The position numbers were made by a program, and so were the translations under genes. A stretch of DNA of 64,000 nt from Eledone cirrhosa (taxonomy: Eukaryota): the NCBI GenBank assembly GCA_964016885.1, contig OZ024741.1, positions 129,828,001 through 129,892,000 of the forward strand, read 5' to 3'. Below are positions 28,085 to 43,254 of this stretch, piece by piece. Numbering within the stretch: the stretch's first letter is position 1; each line of letters starts with the position of its first letter. The notes beneath the pieces were generated by a model. That model saw nothing but the letters and a program-made list of their open reading frames with translations, was not told the DNA's origin and ran no database searches.

Positions 28085-28775
28085 CCACCAAATTAATGCA
28101 TAGCCGGCCTGATATTGTTGTTTGGGATCAAACATTAAAAACACTCTGCCCACTTGATATCAATGTGGGAAGAAAAATAGAGAATATCTACCGACTATTT
28201 GTGAGGAGTTTGCAGATCTTTTATCCAAGATACTCCTTCAGCTTCATACTCATTATTATGTGTTATAGGGCGGTGAATTGGCAGTAAGGGCGGTGAATTG
28301 GCAGTAAGGGCGGTGAATTGGCAGTAAGGGCGGTGAATTGGCAGTATCGGTAGAGGGTCGGACGCCATGCTTTGCAGCACAGGTATGTCCCTTTACGGAC
28401 TGAGTTCAAATCCCGCCGAGGTTAACTTTGCCTTTCATCCTTACAGGGTCGATAAAATAAAGTACCAGTAATGCACTGGGTAATTGCTGACCTTGTGCCA
28501 AAAGTAGAAACAATTATTATGTGTTATAGGTATATACCAATATATCTGGAGCAACATATAACTCAACTTGGAGAACGTAACCCTTTAATTCATAAGCTGC
28601 AAATTGTGATATCTGGAACCTTTAAAACTTGTAAAACATTCTAAGGATTTAAAGGGTGAAGGATTACACAGGGGACGACGAAAGTTTCCTTTCTTTACAA
28701 CCCTGTGACCAGTAAGGTGGACGGTCAAAAACTTAAAATTAAGAGATAGATAGAACATACATACATACATACATA
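28085..28775 (+). mobile_element. Diverged R4/Dong-like LINE 3' fragment, split by a SINE
   Basis: HSRPDIVVWD...CPLDINV endonuclease motif; ends in gaacatacatac. Confidence 0.75.
28270..28512 (+). mobile_element. SINE family 1 with 18-bp TSD and a four-times repeated 20-bp 5' end
   Basis: TSD attattatgtgttatagg at 28252-28269 and 28513-28530; unit agggcggtgaattggcagta. Confidence 0.9.
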
Positions 28776-29103
28776 CATACATACATACATACATACATAC
28801 ATACATGATGGCTTCCCCCTCGTTATCAAGTATGACCATTGCACGAGAACATTTTTTTTTAATATATATATATATACATATATATTAATAACAATAATAA
28901 TAATAATAACAACAACAATAATAATAACGACAACAACAACAATAATAATATACATATGCATATATATACACACATAAACATATCTATACACACACGATAG
29001 CAACTAACAGCGCTGCGATCGAATGTGGCTTTTTAGCCCAACCAATGATCTAAAATGTCTTGCACAGAGTCGGCAACCAAAACATTCATACATACATACA
29101 TAC

Positions 29104-29455
29104 ATGATGGCTACCCCCTCGTTATCGAGTATGCACATTGCACGATATACCATTATTAATAATTATTAATTAATGTTATCGTGCAATGCCTGTGCGTGAA
29201 GATTTTTTTAAAGTGAGGAAAGACTGTGCACTGAGCCAATCCCACTCTCTGAACACCAGTAGCTATAACACGAAAAGAAGAAAAGATCAACATCATCGGT
29301 AACTACTGAGCCGCAGGTTTTATATAGGAGTTATCCCAGTTTCCTGAGTTGCCTTCTCCTAGAAGAATGCCCTGACAAGGGCTAGGAGTCCTTCACTCCC
29401 AGTGGTTTAACCGCGTGATCGGGTGTCCAGCCCGACTATTTCTATGTCCCCGCCC
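29104..29455 (-). mobile_element. Non-autonomous RTE-derived element, family A (extra 3' stub at 28805-28848)
   Basis: Matches 13897-14248; flanked by (TACA)n. Confidence 0.7.
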
Positions 29456-29651
29456 ATATACATACATATGTACATGTGTATATACATATCTACACACCTT
29501 TGGATGGCCGTTGACTCTTATGAGTTCTTCCGCCCTTTGTACATACATACATACATACATACATACATACATACATACATACATACATACATACATACAT
29601 ACATACATACATACATACATACATACATACATACATACATACATACATACA

Positions 29652-30902
29652 TCACTCTAGACAACATTTGAATGTCGCATCATATCTCTCCGACAACATT
29701 TACGAACCTCGAAGCATAAGAGCCCGTTTCTAGCAAGTTTATCTGCATGAAACAGATAAGATCATGAGAGTTGGGAAGGAACTCCTCGAGATATATTCCC
29801 TGTGTGATAATCAAAAACTCACACCCAGGGAAGTCGCTCAGCAGTATCACAGTGAATCCATGGATGAAAAACTGCATGCTTATCAGCAGAAAATCATGCA
29901 TGGATATGTTGCCAGGAAGCTTCAGAGTGAGAGTAATATAGATAAGGAAAGTAGTCTATCTTGGACCAACAACCGCTATATTGGCTCCCACTTTGAAGGA
30001 TACACTTTTGCAATCCAAGAACAGGAGATTAACACGAAATACCTGATTCACAAAAGAGATAGGGATGCAGGCAAAACACCTAGATGTGATAACAAGTGTA
30101 GACTCTGCAGAACTAACATCGAGGATATCACCCATGTCATCAGCAGCTGTCCAAATATGTCATCGCGGTACTATCTACCTATGAAGCATGATGTAGTGGC
30201 TAAAACACTGTACAATGCAGTTCGTAAAAAAGATAGCCCCGATAATAAACACATTAAAAGCTACAGAAATGTGGAAGACATCCATGTACATAATATGAAA
30301 GAGTACTGGTGGAATGTTCCAGTAAAAACCCCAATAAAATGCAGGCATAACAGACCAGATATTATGATATGGGACAGGGAGAAGAAAGCATGCACAGTAG
30401 TGGAAATTAGCTGCCCAGCAGATGCCAATATAATATCAAAGATTAGCGTAAAGGAGAATATTTATGCATAACTGATGAGAAATCTGCAGATACTCCACCC
30501 TGATTACACCTTCAGATTTATGCCTATGATTATTGGGGCACTGGGATATGTTAGTAACTGCCTCAATACAAATCTTGAGAAGCTAAGAAAGAACACAACT
30601 AGTTAGGAAATTACAAGTACAATCCATTAATGGAACAGTAAAAATACGTAAAACATTCCAAAAATGTTGCATCTAATAACTGCATATACACATGTACAGA
30701 TACAAAGCATATACCCATGCACACATACAACTCAAGACATCCATATCCACACATACAATAACATCCATATCTACACATGCATGCATACATATCTACCTAG
30801 TTGATGTTGTGTAAATTCCAATGAGAGAGTCTTGTGTCTATGTTAGAAACCGACTCTCTCTGTATTGGGAAAAAAATTGGGAAATTATAAAACCAGAAGA
30901 AC
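29652..30902 (+). mobile_element. R4/Dong-like (RLE) LINE 3' fragment
   Basis: ORF 29764-30471: AIQEQEINT, CRLC...HVISSC, KHD, HNRPDIMIWD...VVEISCP; embedded in (TACA)n on both sides. Confidence 0.92.
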
Positions 30903-31134
30903 ATACATACATACATGTTGGGTGTCTACTCGTGTGTGAGTAAGATCAGCTTTTGCACTTATTGTTTCCTTCCTTATTGCCATGGACTTTTAAATTCAAC
31001 TGCTGATCTGTTGTTTGTATCGTAAATTTCGCACATGGGTGTTAGTCACCATACAACTTGATGTTAGTTGGTTTGATATATTCATGTTAATCCTGATTTT
31101 GATTGACAGATTAATCTATTGTATGTATGTATAT

Positions 31135-31402
31135 GCACCCATAACTTCTGACTGAGTCGTAGGGACATTTATACACGGACGAGCCCGCCTGTCTGCCTAT
31201 TTCTTCCAGAGAAGGAGAGAGAGAGAGAGCGATAGAGAGAGAGAGATATAGAGAGAGATAGAGAGAGAGAGAGAGAGAGTGAGTGAGAGAGAGAAAGAAC
31301 GAGAGAGAGAGAGTGAGTTAACCTTTCAGCGGGATTTGAACTTAGAGCAAACAGAACCGGAACAAATGCCGCGCAAACCATTCTATCCGGCGTTTTAACG
31401 AC
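31135..31402 (-). mobile_element. Long-tailed SINE variant (degenerate)
   Basis: gggatttgaactt head and gagtcgtaggg tail as at 34425-34778. Confidence 0.55.
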
Positions 31403-31444
31403 CCCCCTCTCTCTCTCTTTCTCTCTCTCTCTCTTTATATATAT

Positions 31445-31608
31445 ACTAGCAGATGTACCCGGCGTATATGCGAGGATTTGCGACCGGTAGATAGTATCAG
31501 CAATGGAAAGACCAATGGAAACATTGTTTTCATAGTTCAATTCGACGAGTTCCACCCAACTTGGTAAGCCAATGAGATCTGGGATCTTGTCAATCGATTC
31601 TCCATGAC

Positions 31609-31610
<2 letters not shown>
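31445..31610 (-). mobile_element. Helitron-like 3' terminus
   Basis: tactagcagatgtacccggcg matches the CTAG-plus-hairpin termini at 45778 and 58408. Confidence 0.45.
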
Positions 31611-31656
<46 letters not shown>

Positions 31657-31695
31657 TCTCTCTCCCTCTCTCCCTTGTCTCGCTCTCCCTTACCC

Positions 31696-31736
<41 letters not shown>

Positions 31737-32612
31737 GTATATATATATATATATATGAATTAACAGAAAAATGGACATCAAATACATCACATAAATAAAA
31801 TATGGAATATCTATCATAAGTTATATATATATATTGTTTAATATTAAGTCCATTTTTTCTTTTAATTCCTATTTCATATTAGAATATAGACATAGCCCCA
31901 ATCACCCGTTCAGTGGGAGTACACTCCACAGTTATTTGTATATGACTTCGATGAACTAAAATTGAGATGGTGTTCTGATATGATATGATATTATTGGCGT
32001 GGTGAACTACTGTTGCAGTGTAGGGGTGTTGAAGGTGCTGTGGTTGGGCTCTAGTGTTGTTGGCACTGTGGTGAGGCTGTGGTCATTTGGTGTGGTGACA
32101 TGGTGGTTGGTGGTGTAATACAACGGAGTGGTTGTGATACTATAGTTGGTATTGTTGTTGTGATGAATATGGCGATGTTGATAGTGCAGTGAAATGGTGG
32201 AGTGGTGTAGTGGGGAACAGAGATGACGTGGTGTGTGGTGATATGGTGTGGTGTTGTGGTGTTGTGGTGTGGTGGTGTGGCGTAGTGGTGTGATGGTATA
32301 GAGCCAATAAATATACTGCATGCTAGTAGTAAAGAGCCAAACGAGTTTATAGTCTCTCACTATGTATAAACTAGCTTCTCTCCCTTCATACACTCCCTAC
32401 CACTGTCTACTTTTACACTCCACATAACTTACATCACTCCACACATGAAGTGTGCAGTGAATGCACTATAAATACCTGGCGCAATCTCCGTGCACATGTT
32501 TATGCACTGCCTCTATACAGTCTATATGGTTATGTTGATAGTCTCCTCAAATGATTTTCTTTAAAACATCGCCAACACCACCACATTTCTGTCTGTCTGA
32601 CCCCCCCTCTCT

Positions 32613-32678
<66 letters not shown>

Positions 32679-32708
32679 AAATCAAAAGATGGTTAAAAGA
32701 GTTCCATG

Positions 32709-32779
32709 TATTTTATTATGCGCATTTCAAAAACAAATATCATCATGGGATGATATTTGCGTTCTCATCAGATAAAATA
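32709..32779 (-). ncRNA. Intact type I hammerhead ribozyme (same family as 18741)
   Basis: Minus strand: TATTTTAT CTGATGA gaacg CAAATATCATC ccat GATGATATTTG ttttt GAAA tgcgca TA ATAAAATA; lies in a 150-bp island between (TA)n tracts. Confidence 0.92.
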
Positions 32780-33032
32780 GGGAGACATGATATGAAGCTT
32801 AAAAAACACTTGCGAGCAGTGAAGTGTCAAATCATATATATATATATATATATACTAACTTGGTCTATGATGACCCGTCCAGTCATTGCTTGCAGGGAAA
32901 AACAGATGTTAAATGATGATAACGATGATGATGATGATGATAACGATGAGGACGATGTGTGTGTATATTACCGATTTTCTCAGCTATTTTTTTATAGCAA
33001 CTGTTATTTTTTGCGTTTGGGATTCTCTCATT

Positions 33033-33102
<70 letters not shown>

Positions 33103-33223
33103 TATATATAAATATAAATTCAGCGAGAATCGTATTTCGGCGGGTAGAAATAAGCGAAACGCAATTCCCGATTTGTGTTGGCAAGCGCCCCATGGACCAA
33201 AAGAGACCAGAGCAATAAACATA

Positions 33224-33321
<98 letters not shown>

Positions 33322-33322
<1 letters not shown>

Positions 33323-33930
33323 GTCAGGTCACCAGTTGGTGCTACTGGTAACATGTATCCCAGTACAACCTGTCTCATGGTCGGGTCATTGGCGACTAAA
33401 CTGGCAACCCCACCAAGGTTTCTTGGTGAGGAGGGTGACTTTGGACATCCTGCTGGACTAAAAACAAAACCTGTCAAAGGGCAAGGGAGCTCTTAAGAGT
33501 CAATAGCCATCCAAAATCACCGGGAGAGATGACCCCTTAGCCTTTGTCAAGGCAGAATTCTAGGAGAAGGAAAACTCTGATATAACACCTGCAACCCTGA
33601 TGGTATCCAATGATGTTGACTTGTTCTTCTTTTTGGTACATATCATCTTGGTTAAGAGAGTGGGACTGGCTTTGTGCAGTGCCTTTGCTCACTATAAAAG
33701 CTTCACGGCACAGGCATTGCTTTATATCTGGAGATCTCTCTGCACTTGTCATCACATGGTACCATGGGCCCTGCACTATGTGTCAATAATGGTCACAAGT
33801 GTAGTGTTTGTACCAGAGTTTTCAAGTCGCTGGCTGGACTAAAAAGTCACATTCGTTCAGCGCATCGGTAGGGGTTCTCCTACATGGATATAAAGTAGTG
33901 GCCGTACTCGAAAACGAGTTGGCAGCCACC
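33322..33930 (+). mobile_element. Non-autonomous RTE-derived element, family B
   Basis: Near-identical to 39946-40537 (reverse); RTE-like 5' region joined to a C2H2-finger remnant CSVCTRVFKSLAGLKSH and an RTE-type 3' end. Confidence 0.75.
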
Positions 33931-34214
33931 ATATATATATATATATAAGCTGCATATTTCATTTGTAAAGAGGCGAATCATGTCTAAAGCATTTCATTAG
34001 TAGTAGTCGTAGTAGTAGTTGGAAATATTAAAGTAATACCTTTCATAATAGGTGCTTTGCGAATGATAAAATAACATAGGCATACAAATTCCAGGACTTA
34101 CAACTTTATATAGGGTACAGAAAGAAACAGAGATAGAATGATAGAGAGAGGGAGAGAGAGGGAGAGAGAGAGAGAGGGGGTGGGATGGGGTGGGGTGAGA
34201 AGAGATATAGATGA

Positions 34215-34560
34215 AGTATTGACCACAGTACAGTGCTGGAATGGTACATTTTTGAACGACCTCGGAAAGATGAAATACAAAGTTGACCTCGGCGTGATTT
34301 CAACCCAGTGCGCAGAGAATTGGAACGCATGACGCTAAGTATTTTATCCGACGTTTTCACATCGTTCTGCCAATTCGCTGTCTATGGGGAAGTAGATAAA
34401 GCTAGCATGTATGTCTGTATGTAATGTCCCCGTAACTCCTGATAGAGTCGTGGGGGCGCCGTATTGACATACGGCGTTTCTTGGGCATTTTAAACCTGGC
34501 GGAGTCCATCCTTCTCCAGGCCTGGGTACAGCAGATTTTTTTTTCTAGAGAAAGATAGAA

Positions 34561-34617
<57 letters not shown>

Positions 34618-34778
34618 GAATCGACCCAGTACTAGACTGGTACTTTTTTATCGACCCCGAAAGAACGAAAGGCAAAGTTGACCTTGGCGGGATTTGAACT
34701 CCGAGAGCAGAGAGCCGGAACAAATACCATAAAGCATTCTATCCGACGTTCTAACGACTCTGCCAAGTCGCCGCCTAA
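34215..34778 (-). mobile_element. Degenerate SINE (34215-34380) plus long-tailed SINE variant (34425-34778)
   Basis: Reverse-strand core and head matches. Confidence 0.75.
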
Positions 34779-35059
34779 AGCTAGCATAGATTATTCATAA
34801 TTCAAGGTAGTCGACTACACATTTCACAAATTTGTGAACTGTGTAGTTGACTTAGTGCAATCCATCACTATTGGGAAATTCGTTCTCTTGATATTTTTTA
34901 TTGCTTTCTCTTGTTATGTATATTAATTATAATTTCCATTATTGTTATTCCTACTGTTTTCTCTTCAGTGATGTCCCCTTTCCTTTCTTTGATGTAAACC
35001 ATATTTTGTGTTGTGCTGCGTTGCCTCCTTGTATTGCCCCCAATGTCTAATACAAGAAA

Positions 35060-35990
35060 TTATTATTAATCGATTTTCCCCTCCCACAAAATTGTTGGCT
35101 TTGTGCCTATATCAGAGACCAACTTTGCCTTTCATCCTTACGGTGTAAATAAAATAAAGTACCAGTAATACACTGGGATAATTGCTGGCCTCGTGCTAAA
35201 AGTAGAAACAATTATTATTAAGGGTGGTGGTTTGGCAGTATCGGTAGAGCGTCAGACACTATGCTTTTCAGCATAGAGTTACAGCCCTGTATGGTCTGAG
35301 TTCAAATCCCGCCGAGGTTAACTTTGCCTTTCATCCTTACGGAGGTCAATAAAATAAAGTACCAGTAACGTACTGGGGTCGATTTAATCAACTTTTCCCC
35401 AAAAAATTACTGGCCTTGTGCCTATACTAGAAATCATTATTGTTAAGGACGGTAGTATGGCAGTATCGGTAGAGCGTCAGACACTATGCTTTTCAGCATA
35501 GAGTTATGGTCCTTTACGTTCTGAGTTCAAATCCCGCCGAGGTTAACTTTGCTTTTCATCCTCATGGGGTCGATAAAATAAAGCACCAGTAATGCACTGG
35601 GGAAATTGCTGGCCTTGTGCCAAAAGTAGAAACAGCATTATTATTATTGATAGTATGGGTAAAGCATCAGACAACATGCTTTGTGGCATAGAGTTACATC
35701 CTTTTAAGTTCTGAGTTCAAATCCCGCCGAGGTTCGCTTTGCCTTTCATCCTTACGGGGTCGATAAAATAAAGTACCAGTAATGTATTGGAGTCGTTTTA
35801 ATCGACTTTTTCCCTCCCCAAATTTGTACCTAAATCCAAAACTATTATTTTTGGCAGTATCGGTAGAGCGTCTGATAACATACTTTGCGGCATATAGTTA
35901 CGTCCTTTTACGTTCTCAGTTCAAATTGCGCCCGGGTTAGCTTTGCCTTTCATCCTTACGGAGTTCATAAAATAAATACCAGTAATAATT
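35060..35990 (+). mobile_element. Head-to-tail array of about 5-6 SINE family-1 copies
   Basis: Core ctttgcctttcatcc recurs near 35123, 35322, 35547, 35737 and 35941. Confidence 0.9.
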
Positions 35991-36948
35991 CAATATACAT
36001 GTTTGTGTATATGTGTGCGTATAATTGATCCAATGAAGGGTTGTTTAAATGTCTGCATTTCAATCTCGATTTTTTTTAATAGTTGCTTTAGTTCATGAGG
36101 TTATTGAATATATGACATTTACCATGTTACAAAGTTTTGATCAATTCATTTAGTGTTTAACATAGTGCATGATTTCCGAATATATTTTGAATCTAGTTTA
36201 TAATATCAGTAAAAGAATTTTTTGAGTCATCGTCAGATAAAACAACCTTTTATATCATCACCCTTTATTAGATTAATAATGCGTTGGCGAAAAGTGGGTA
36301 CATAGATAATACTAGCTTTATACTCATACATCAAAGATCGTCTGTTAGGAAACGACTACGAAACATTCACTAGTTTAATCTTCTTCTCTGTGTTATCTTT
36401 AATTGAAATAGAACCAAAACCTGTTTGAATTTTATAGAGAAATATTTCCCTGTAGACAATAGATATCGAAAATGATTCAATAGAAACAATATTAGGGTGA
36501 ATGTTAATAGCAACCCCGACATTTTATTTAAAAACATCTAACAATTGATTAAAAATTCTAAATAAACACTAAATTGACACGATGGAGGGAACATTTAAAG
36601 AAGGTTACCATAATCGTACTTAATTCTACTGACATGAAGAGAAAAAAATAACTTTACAGCTCTTTTCAGCTATATATGGAAAATGAAAGACATTGGCATC
36701 AAAAAAACATCAACGCGGACACACCCACACTCAAACACAGCAATATATGTGTGTGTATATATATACAGATTCATTGGAGCGTTGGATATTTGTCTCAGCT
36801 TTGCATTCTGGGTTCAAATCCCACCGAGGTCCATTTTGTCTTTCTTTCGGTGATAGATAAAGATAAGGCTAACAGTTTAGACTACTCGGCGTCGAATAGC
36901 CAGAGCTCAGACGCCAGGCAGTAACTCATTACAACACACATACACGCA

Positions 36949-37058
<110 letters not shown>

Positions 37059-37306
37059 TATACACACACACATATAGACATGTATATATTAATCAACAAA
37101 TAAATATATGTGTATGAATGTAAATGAAACGTATATGAGTGACTACGAATATATTTGAGTTGTGGTTGTAAGATGAAAATGACATTGATCACACAGTGTA
37201 TGTATGTGTATATGTCTCGTTTGTAGCTTATATATATATATGTGTGTGTGTGAGTGTATGTATATGTGTATGTATATATATATATATATAAATATATATA
37301 TATATA

Positions 37307-37340
<34 letters not shown>

Positions 37341-37556
37341 AGTGTACATGTGCTGTGCTTGCACATGCGTGGGAGTATTCAAGTGCAATACTTAATCTGG
37401 CAGTGCTTATGTCAGTAACCTTCCAAGAATTTTTTTATTTATCTATTTAAATTAACAAATTAATGAATGCTCAGACTAACCTTTGCCAAAACCAATTAAT
37501 TATATATATATATATATATATAAAATAGACAGAACACACATATATATGTATATAAT

Positions 37557-37611
<55 letters not shown>

Positions 37612-37796
37612 CACTCTCACAAGCGTGAACCTAATATTTGTACTGTCTCTTATTTTTTGTTCCTGTCTAAGACTTAACTATATATATATATATATACGTG
37701 TGTATGTGTAAATGTGTATGTATATATACATATGCATGTGCGTATGTGAGTGTATGCATGTATATGTATATATTACTCACACACACACACACACAC

Positions 37797-37974
<178 letters not shown>

Positions 37975-38134
37975 ATATGTTTGATATTTTAAGAGCTGAT
38001 GTAATTTTTCCTGTGAAATGTTATTCAATGAGAAATTTCTTCTTATAAAATATTTTAAAGATATTCTGACTGTTCAGACATTTTGACCACCTGAAAATGC
38101 AGGTAAAATGTAGACCCTTACGCAGACCCCTCTT

Positions 38135-38402
38135 TAATTATTTAAGCTTCAATTGCCATTAAACTCTGATTTCCTCCAAGATGATTGATCTAAGGTAATG
38201 TCGCCCCAGTTATCTTCTCTGATTTTTTACTTTATCAAAGCTCTTTTGATGCAGTCTTTATACTTGAGTTTGGATTATGTCTTGGCCGTTTGCCTTTTAC
38301 TAACTCCCTGTACAGTAACTGCTTAGGAATACTATGATCTGGTGTTCTTACAACATGGCCGATCCAGCGCAATCTATATTGAATTATGAGATATTCAATA
38401 TA
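38135..38402 (-). pseudogene. RTE/BovB-like LINE ORF fragment
   Basis: Manual translation: IEYLIIQYRLRWIGHVVRTPDHSIPKQLLYRELVKGKRPR. Confidence 0.85.
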
Positions 38403-38428
38403 GATTTATTTACATACATACACATATA

Positions 38429-38512
<84 letters not shown>

Positions 38513-38513
<1 letters not shown>

Positions 38514-39350
38514 TATAATTGAATATAAAAGAAAAACGAATACAGATATATACATATATGTGTTCAAATTGTAAGGGACCAGATTCGCTAAGGTGAAAAG
38601 AATACTACTATAGACAATAGGGTTTGCCTGACTCAATTTAAGATTAAATCAAGAAAATAAATACAAACCAGAATTGTAGTAACTACCAATCACCCAGACA
38701 GCTTTTGGTACTGCTGTTTCGCAAAATTAATTGTGAATAGGAATGCCAATTCTTGCTCATCAGTGGGTGAAGAATTAGTATCCTAGACACTTCTAAGTAT
38801 ATTAAAAAACTGAACAGTGTGCGTATATATAATAACGCACATGGTATCTGAACTTAGCATGTCTCACAAACTTACACCACTAAAAATACCAGCCAGGTTT
38901 ATTCGACATTTGAATTAGCTCAACAAATTAACGGAGCCGAATATATCAAAGGTATATATCAAGTTAGAAACTCAAAATAGTTTCTTACAATAAAATAGCT
39001 CTAGGAAAGAGATTTTTCCGAGCCGTGAGCAAGAATTGGCATTCCTATTCACAATTAATTTTGCGAAACAGCAGTACCAAAAGCTGTCGGGGTGATTGGT
39101 AATTGCCACAATTCCGGTTTGTATTTATTTTCTTGATTTATTCTTAAATTGAGTCAGGCAAACCCTGTTGTCTATAGTTAGTATTCTTTTCACCTTAGCG
39201 AATCTGGTCCCTTACGATTTGAACACATATATGTATATATCTGTATTCGTTTTTCTTTTATATTCAATTATAATATATGGCTCGGAAAAATCTTTTTCCT
39301 AGAGCTATTTTATTGTAAGAGACTATTTTTAGTTTCTAACTCAATATATA
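38513..39350. mobile_element. Hammerhead element with nested inverted duplications
   Basis: 38513-38759 is inverted at 39026-39275; 38953-39024 is inverted at 39279-39350; bounded by microsatellites. Confidence 0.9.
38690..38770 (-). ncRNA. Canonical full type I hammerhead ribozyme (GUC site)
   Basis: Minus strand: TCACCCA CTGATGA GCAAGA...TTTTGC GAAA CAGC agtaccaaaa GCTG TC TGGGTGA; 7-bp helix I and closed helix III. Confidence 0.95.
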
Positions 39351-39356
39351 TACGTT

Positions 39357-39930
<574 letters not shown>

Positions 39931-39945
39931 CATACATACATACAT

Positions 39946-40537
39946 GGTGGCTGCCAACTCGTTTTCGAGTACGGCCACTACTTTATATCCATGTAGGAGA
40001 ACCCCTACGGATGCGCTGAACGAGTGTGACTTTTTAGTCCAGCCAGCGATTTGAAAACTCTGGTACAAACACTACACTTTTGACAATTTGACACATAGTG
40101 CTGGGCCCATGGTACCATCTGACGACAAGTGCAGAGAGATCTCCAGATATAAAGCAATGCCTGTGCCGTGAAGCTTTTATAGTGAGCAAAGGCACTGCGC
40201 AAAGCCAGTCCCACTCTCTTAAACAAGATGATATGTACCAAAAAGAAGAACAAGTCAACATCATTGGATACCATCAGGGTTGCAGGTGTTATATCAGAGT
40301 TTTCCTTCTCCTAGAATTCTGCCTTGACAAAGGCTAAGGGGTCATCTCTCCCGGTGATTTTGGATGGCCATTGACTCTTAAGATCTCCTTTGCCCTTTGA
40401 CAGGTTTTGTTTTTAGTCCTGCAGGATGTCCAAAGTCACCCTCCTCACCAAGAAACCTTGGTGGGGTTGCCAGTTTAGTCGCCAACGACCCGACCATGAG
40501 ACAGGTTGTACTGGGATACATGTTACCAGTAGCACCA
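39946..40537 (-). mobile_element. Non-autonomous RTE-derived element, family B
   Basis: Reverse copy of 33322-33930, flanked by (TACA)n. Confidence 0.75.
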
Positions 40538-40607
40538 CATACATACATACATACATACATACATACATACATACATACATACATACATACATACATACAT
40601 ACATACA

Positions 40608-41024
40608 TTACACCTGATTACACCTTCAGATTTATGCCTGTGATTATTGGGGCACTGGGATATGTTAGTAACTGTCTCAATACAAATCTTGAGAAGCTAG
40701 GCTTCACAGGAACAGAAAGAACACAACTAGTTAGGAAATTACAAGTACAATCCATTAATGGAACAGTAAAAATATGTAAAACATTCCAAAAATTTTGCAT
40801 CTAATAACTGCATATACACATGTACAGATACAAAGCATATACAAATGCACACATACAACTCAAAACATCCACATCCACACATACAATAACATCCATATCT
40901 ACACATGCATACATATCTACGTAGTTGATGTTGTGTAAATTCCAATGAGAGAGTCTTGTGTCTATGTTAGAAACCGACTCTCTCTCTATTGGTAAAAATT
41001 TGTGAAATTATAAAACCAGAAGAA
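40608..41024 (+). mobile_element. R4/Dong-like LINE 3' end
   Basis: PDYTFRFMPVIIGALG...ICKTF; near-identical to 30495-30902; (TACA)n on both sides. Confidence 0.88.
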
Positions 41025-41879
41025 CATACATACATACATACATACATACATACATACATACATACATACATGCATACATACATATATAGATGTACCTATG
41101 TATTAAAAATGAAATGAAATAAGGGTATGGCCACGGTTGTTTGGATCATGGCTGAATGTGGGTCTGAGTAACAATAACAAAAAATAATTAAAAAAACAAC
41201 GACGACAAAATGTGTTACTTTATACGTTCGATGACAGGTGACAAACCAATAGTTAAACAGTGCCAGCACTGCAGGCATAAAGTCATTAACCCACCACACC
41301 CTGTTATGCATACTAACATCACAAACATACCCACGCATGTCAAACGTCTTGAAAGCGTCTTTCATTGGACAATGTAGAATGACATGTATGTATAAATATG
41401 TATTTATATTTGTATATGTCAGCGTATGTGTCGGCACATATATTGTATAAGCACAGACACTCATATAGTCACAAAACCAAACAATGCGTGCAGATGTTCA
41501 TATATATACATACACATTGCACACACACACACATACATATATACTCACATACACATACATACACACATGTATACACAATACATTCATACATATATATATG
41601 TACAAACCACATGCATACATATATACATACATGCATGCATACATACACATATACATACATGCATTCATACATACATGTTGATTGCTACATTTTATCAGAA
41701 GAGTGCTATCCCTTTATTGAATATTGCATGATCATGTGCACGGGGGTGAGGGGGGGGGGGGGGGCAGGGACAAAATACCTAGGCCTTTTTAACCGGACGC
41801 TTTAGAATCAGAGACAGAGTGATGGAGGATTGAGCAAGTGAGAGTAAGGAGGAAGAGTGAGAAATAAAGAAAGGAAACT

Positions 41880-42345
41880 CTTTCGGCCTCCACCCGCTGT
41901 CCTGTCGCTACAGTGCCGGCCCCCTTTCACGCCATGCTGCTCTCAACGAGATCATAAAGTATGGTGGGGATGGACCTAGGGGACGGCAAAAGGCCAGACG
42001 GCATGACCATCTTCTCGTTCCGCAGTGGTAAACCCCTCATCTGGGATGGCACATGAAGCGACACTTTCTCCAATGGCAACATGGTGCAATCTGTGACTAA
42101 TCCAGGCTCTGCTGCATTTCGAACCGAGGAGGGTAAACTCTCCAAGTATCGGTCGCTCTCTGACAAATTTGTGGTCCAGCTCGTAGCAATGAGAGTTCTG
42201 GTGTCCTTGACCCTAGGACCACCTCTCTACTCACCACCATCGGCACGGAGTTAGCTACCCACAGGTATGAGCCGCGTGAGCTGGAATGGCTTTTCCAACA
42301 CGTCTCTCTCACGATCATGCGGGGGAAACGCCTTCTCTATTCTGC
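41880..42345 (+). mobile_element. CRE-clade LINE 3' fragment
   Basis: FGLHPLSCRYSAG...GKRPDGMTIF...LIWDGT; homologous to 53530-54030. Confidence 0.85.
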
Positions 42346-43254
42346 ATATGTTGGAATACATTATTCAATGGGAAGGTTCTTCACTTAAAATTGTGGCTGT
42401 GATCTGAAGGATATTTGGCTTGTCGTTGATTTGTAGATTTGAACAGCTTTTGCTATTTAGCTATTTAGATTTAGGATCACCGAATTTCATCCAAGGCAAT
42501 CCATTTTGTTATTTTCTTTTCAGCTACAGTGTATTTAGGAGTTTATTTAATTTATCGAATATCTTCCTTCCCTTTCTTATTTAAACGATAGGGTGTGGTT
42601 TGATATAAATGTGCCTGCTATTTCTGTCAGGCTGGGGTGGGGTAACCTTTTTAGTATCATGGACGAATTGTAAGTGCATAAAAACCTGTGGGGAGCGCAT
42701 CCGTGCTGAGAAAAATATTGAATCTTTAATTTTAGAAATAAATAGATATGCCACTTATATTAAATTACTCTCTTTAGGCTTAACCCTTTTTACTCATATG
42801 AGTTCTTTTTACAAACTTCGTCAGCGGACGTTTACAAGTATTAATGCGGGCAAAACTACTTCCGCGTGAGAGGGGTCCCCACCCCGGACGTTGAGGTTTC
42901 TTAGGTGACTCGTACATTGTTTTTGTTTTTTTTTGTTCTTTGTTTGTTTGTTTATGTTTAGTTTGGGATTTTGTTTTTCAGAGTTCATGCTGGAATTAGG
43001 TTGACTTTTTTAGAGAGTGGCGTGATGTGTAAGCTCGAGGTTTCATCAATTAACTACTAATATTTTAATGTAAATTTAATATAACTTTAAACATCCGGAC
43101 TCGAAAAAAATTATTTAGTTTCGGACCCCAACCACCCTTTAAAGTTGTTTATTTTAAATCCAGCACTTAAAGGGTGAATCTAGATACTGCAATATATTTA
43201 GTATGCCACAAACTCGATTCAGTATATGTTAGACGACTTTATTAGTAGTTATTA

